Assembly (NCBI GenBank): GCA_964016885.1 | Contig: OZ024743.1 | Span: 199,206,001 to 199,270,000, forward strand | DNA from: Eledone cirrhosa | Lineage: Eukaryota | Direction: 5' to 3' | DNA length: 64,000 bases | Part shown: positions 63,986-64,000 of the stretch, piece by piece | How the letters are laid out: every line of letters begins with the position of its first letter | Position numbering within the stretch: position 1 is the first letter of the stretch | The notes under the pieces: generated by a model | Databases searched by the model: none | Told to the model about the DNA's origin: nothing | What the model saw: only the letters and a program-made list of their open reading frames with translations | Made by a program: the position numbers and the translations under genes

Positions 63986-64000
63986 TATCCGTTTTCAGGG

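Overview
AT-rich, repeat-saturated eukaryotic DNA with no recognisable host protein-coding gene. The SINE and RTE repertoire looks like that of an octopus or other coleoid cephalopod (inference from recall, not from a search). The window holds many (TA)n, (CA)n, (GA)n and (ATC)n microsatellites, over 25 tRNA-derived SINE copies and several 5'-truncated RTE LINEs. It also holds a near-full-length decayed Tx1-type L1 element, fragments of hAT, mariner, CRE and Penelope-like elements, and piggyBac- and pogo-type MITEs. Almost all long 'YIYI' ORFs are microsatellite artefacts. The main discovery is about a dozen type I hammerhead ribozyme (HHR) motifs, from at least eight unrelated sequence families. 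Nearly all lie between 30.7 and 59.2 kb in small non-coding elements embedded in (TA)n arrays. Several of these elements have a fold-back plus partial-tandem architecture that suggests copying from a circular or concatemeric RNA. One HHR has the rare compensatory U3-A8 core, and one sits at the 3' end of a truncated Penelope-like element with a GIY-YIG endonuclease C-terminus. Together this looks like a microsatellite-resident Penelope/retrozyme-like system. All folds and alignments were done by eye, and element boundaries are approximate.
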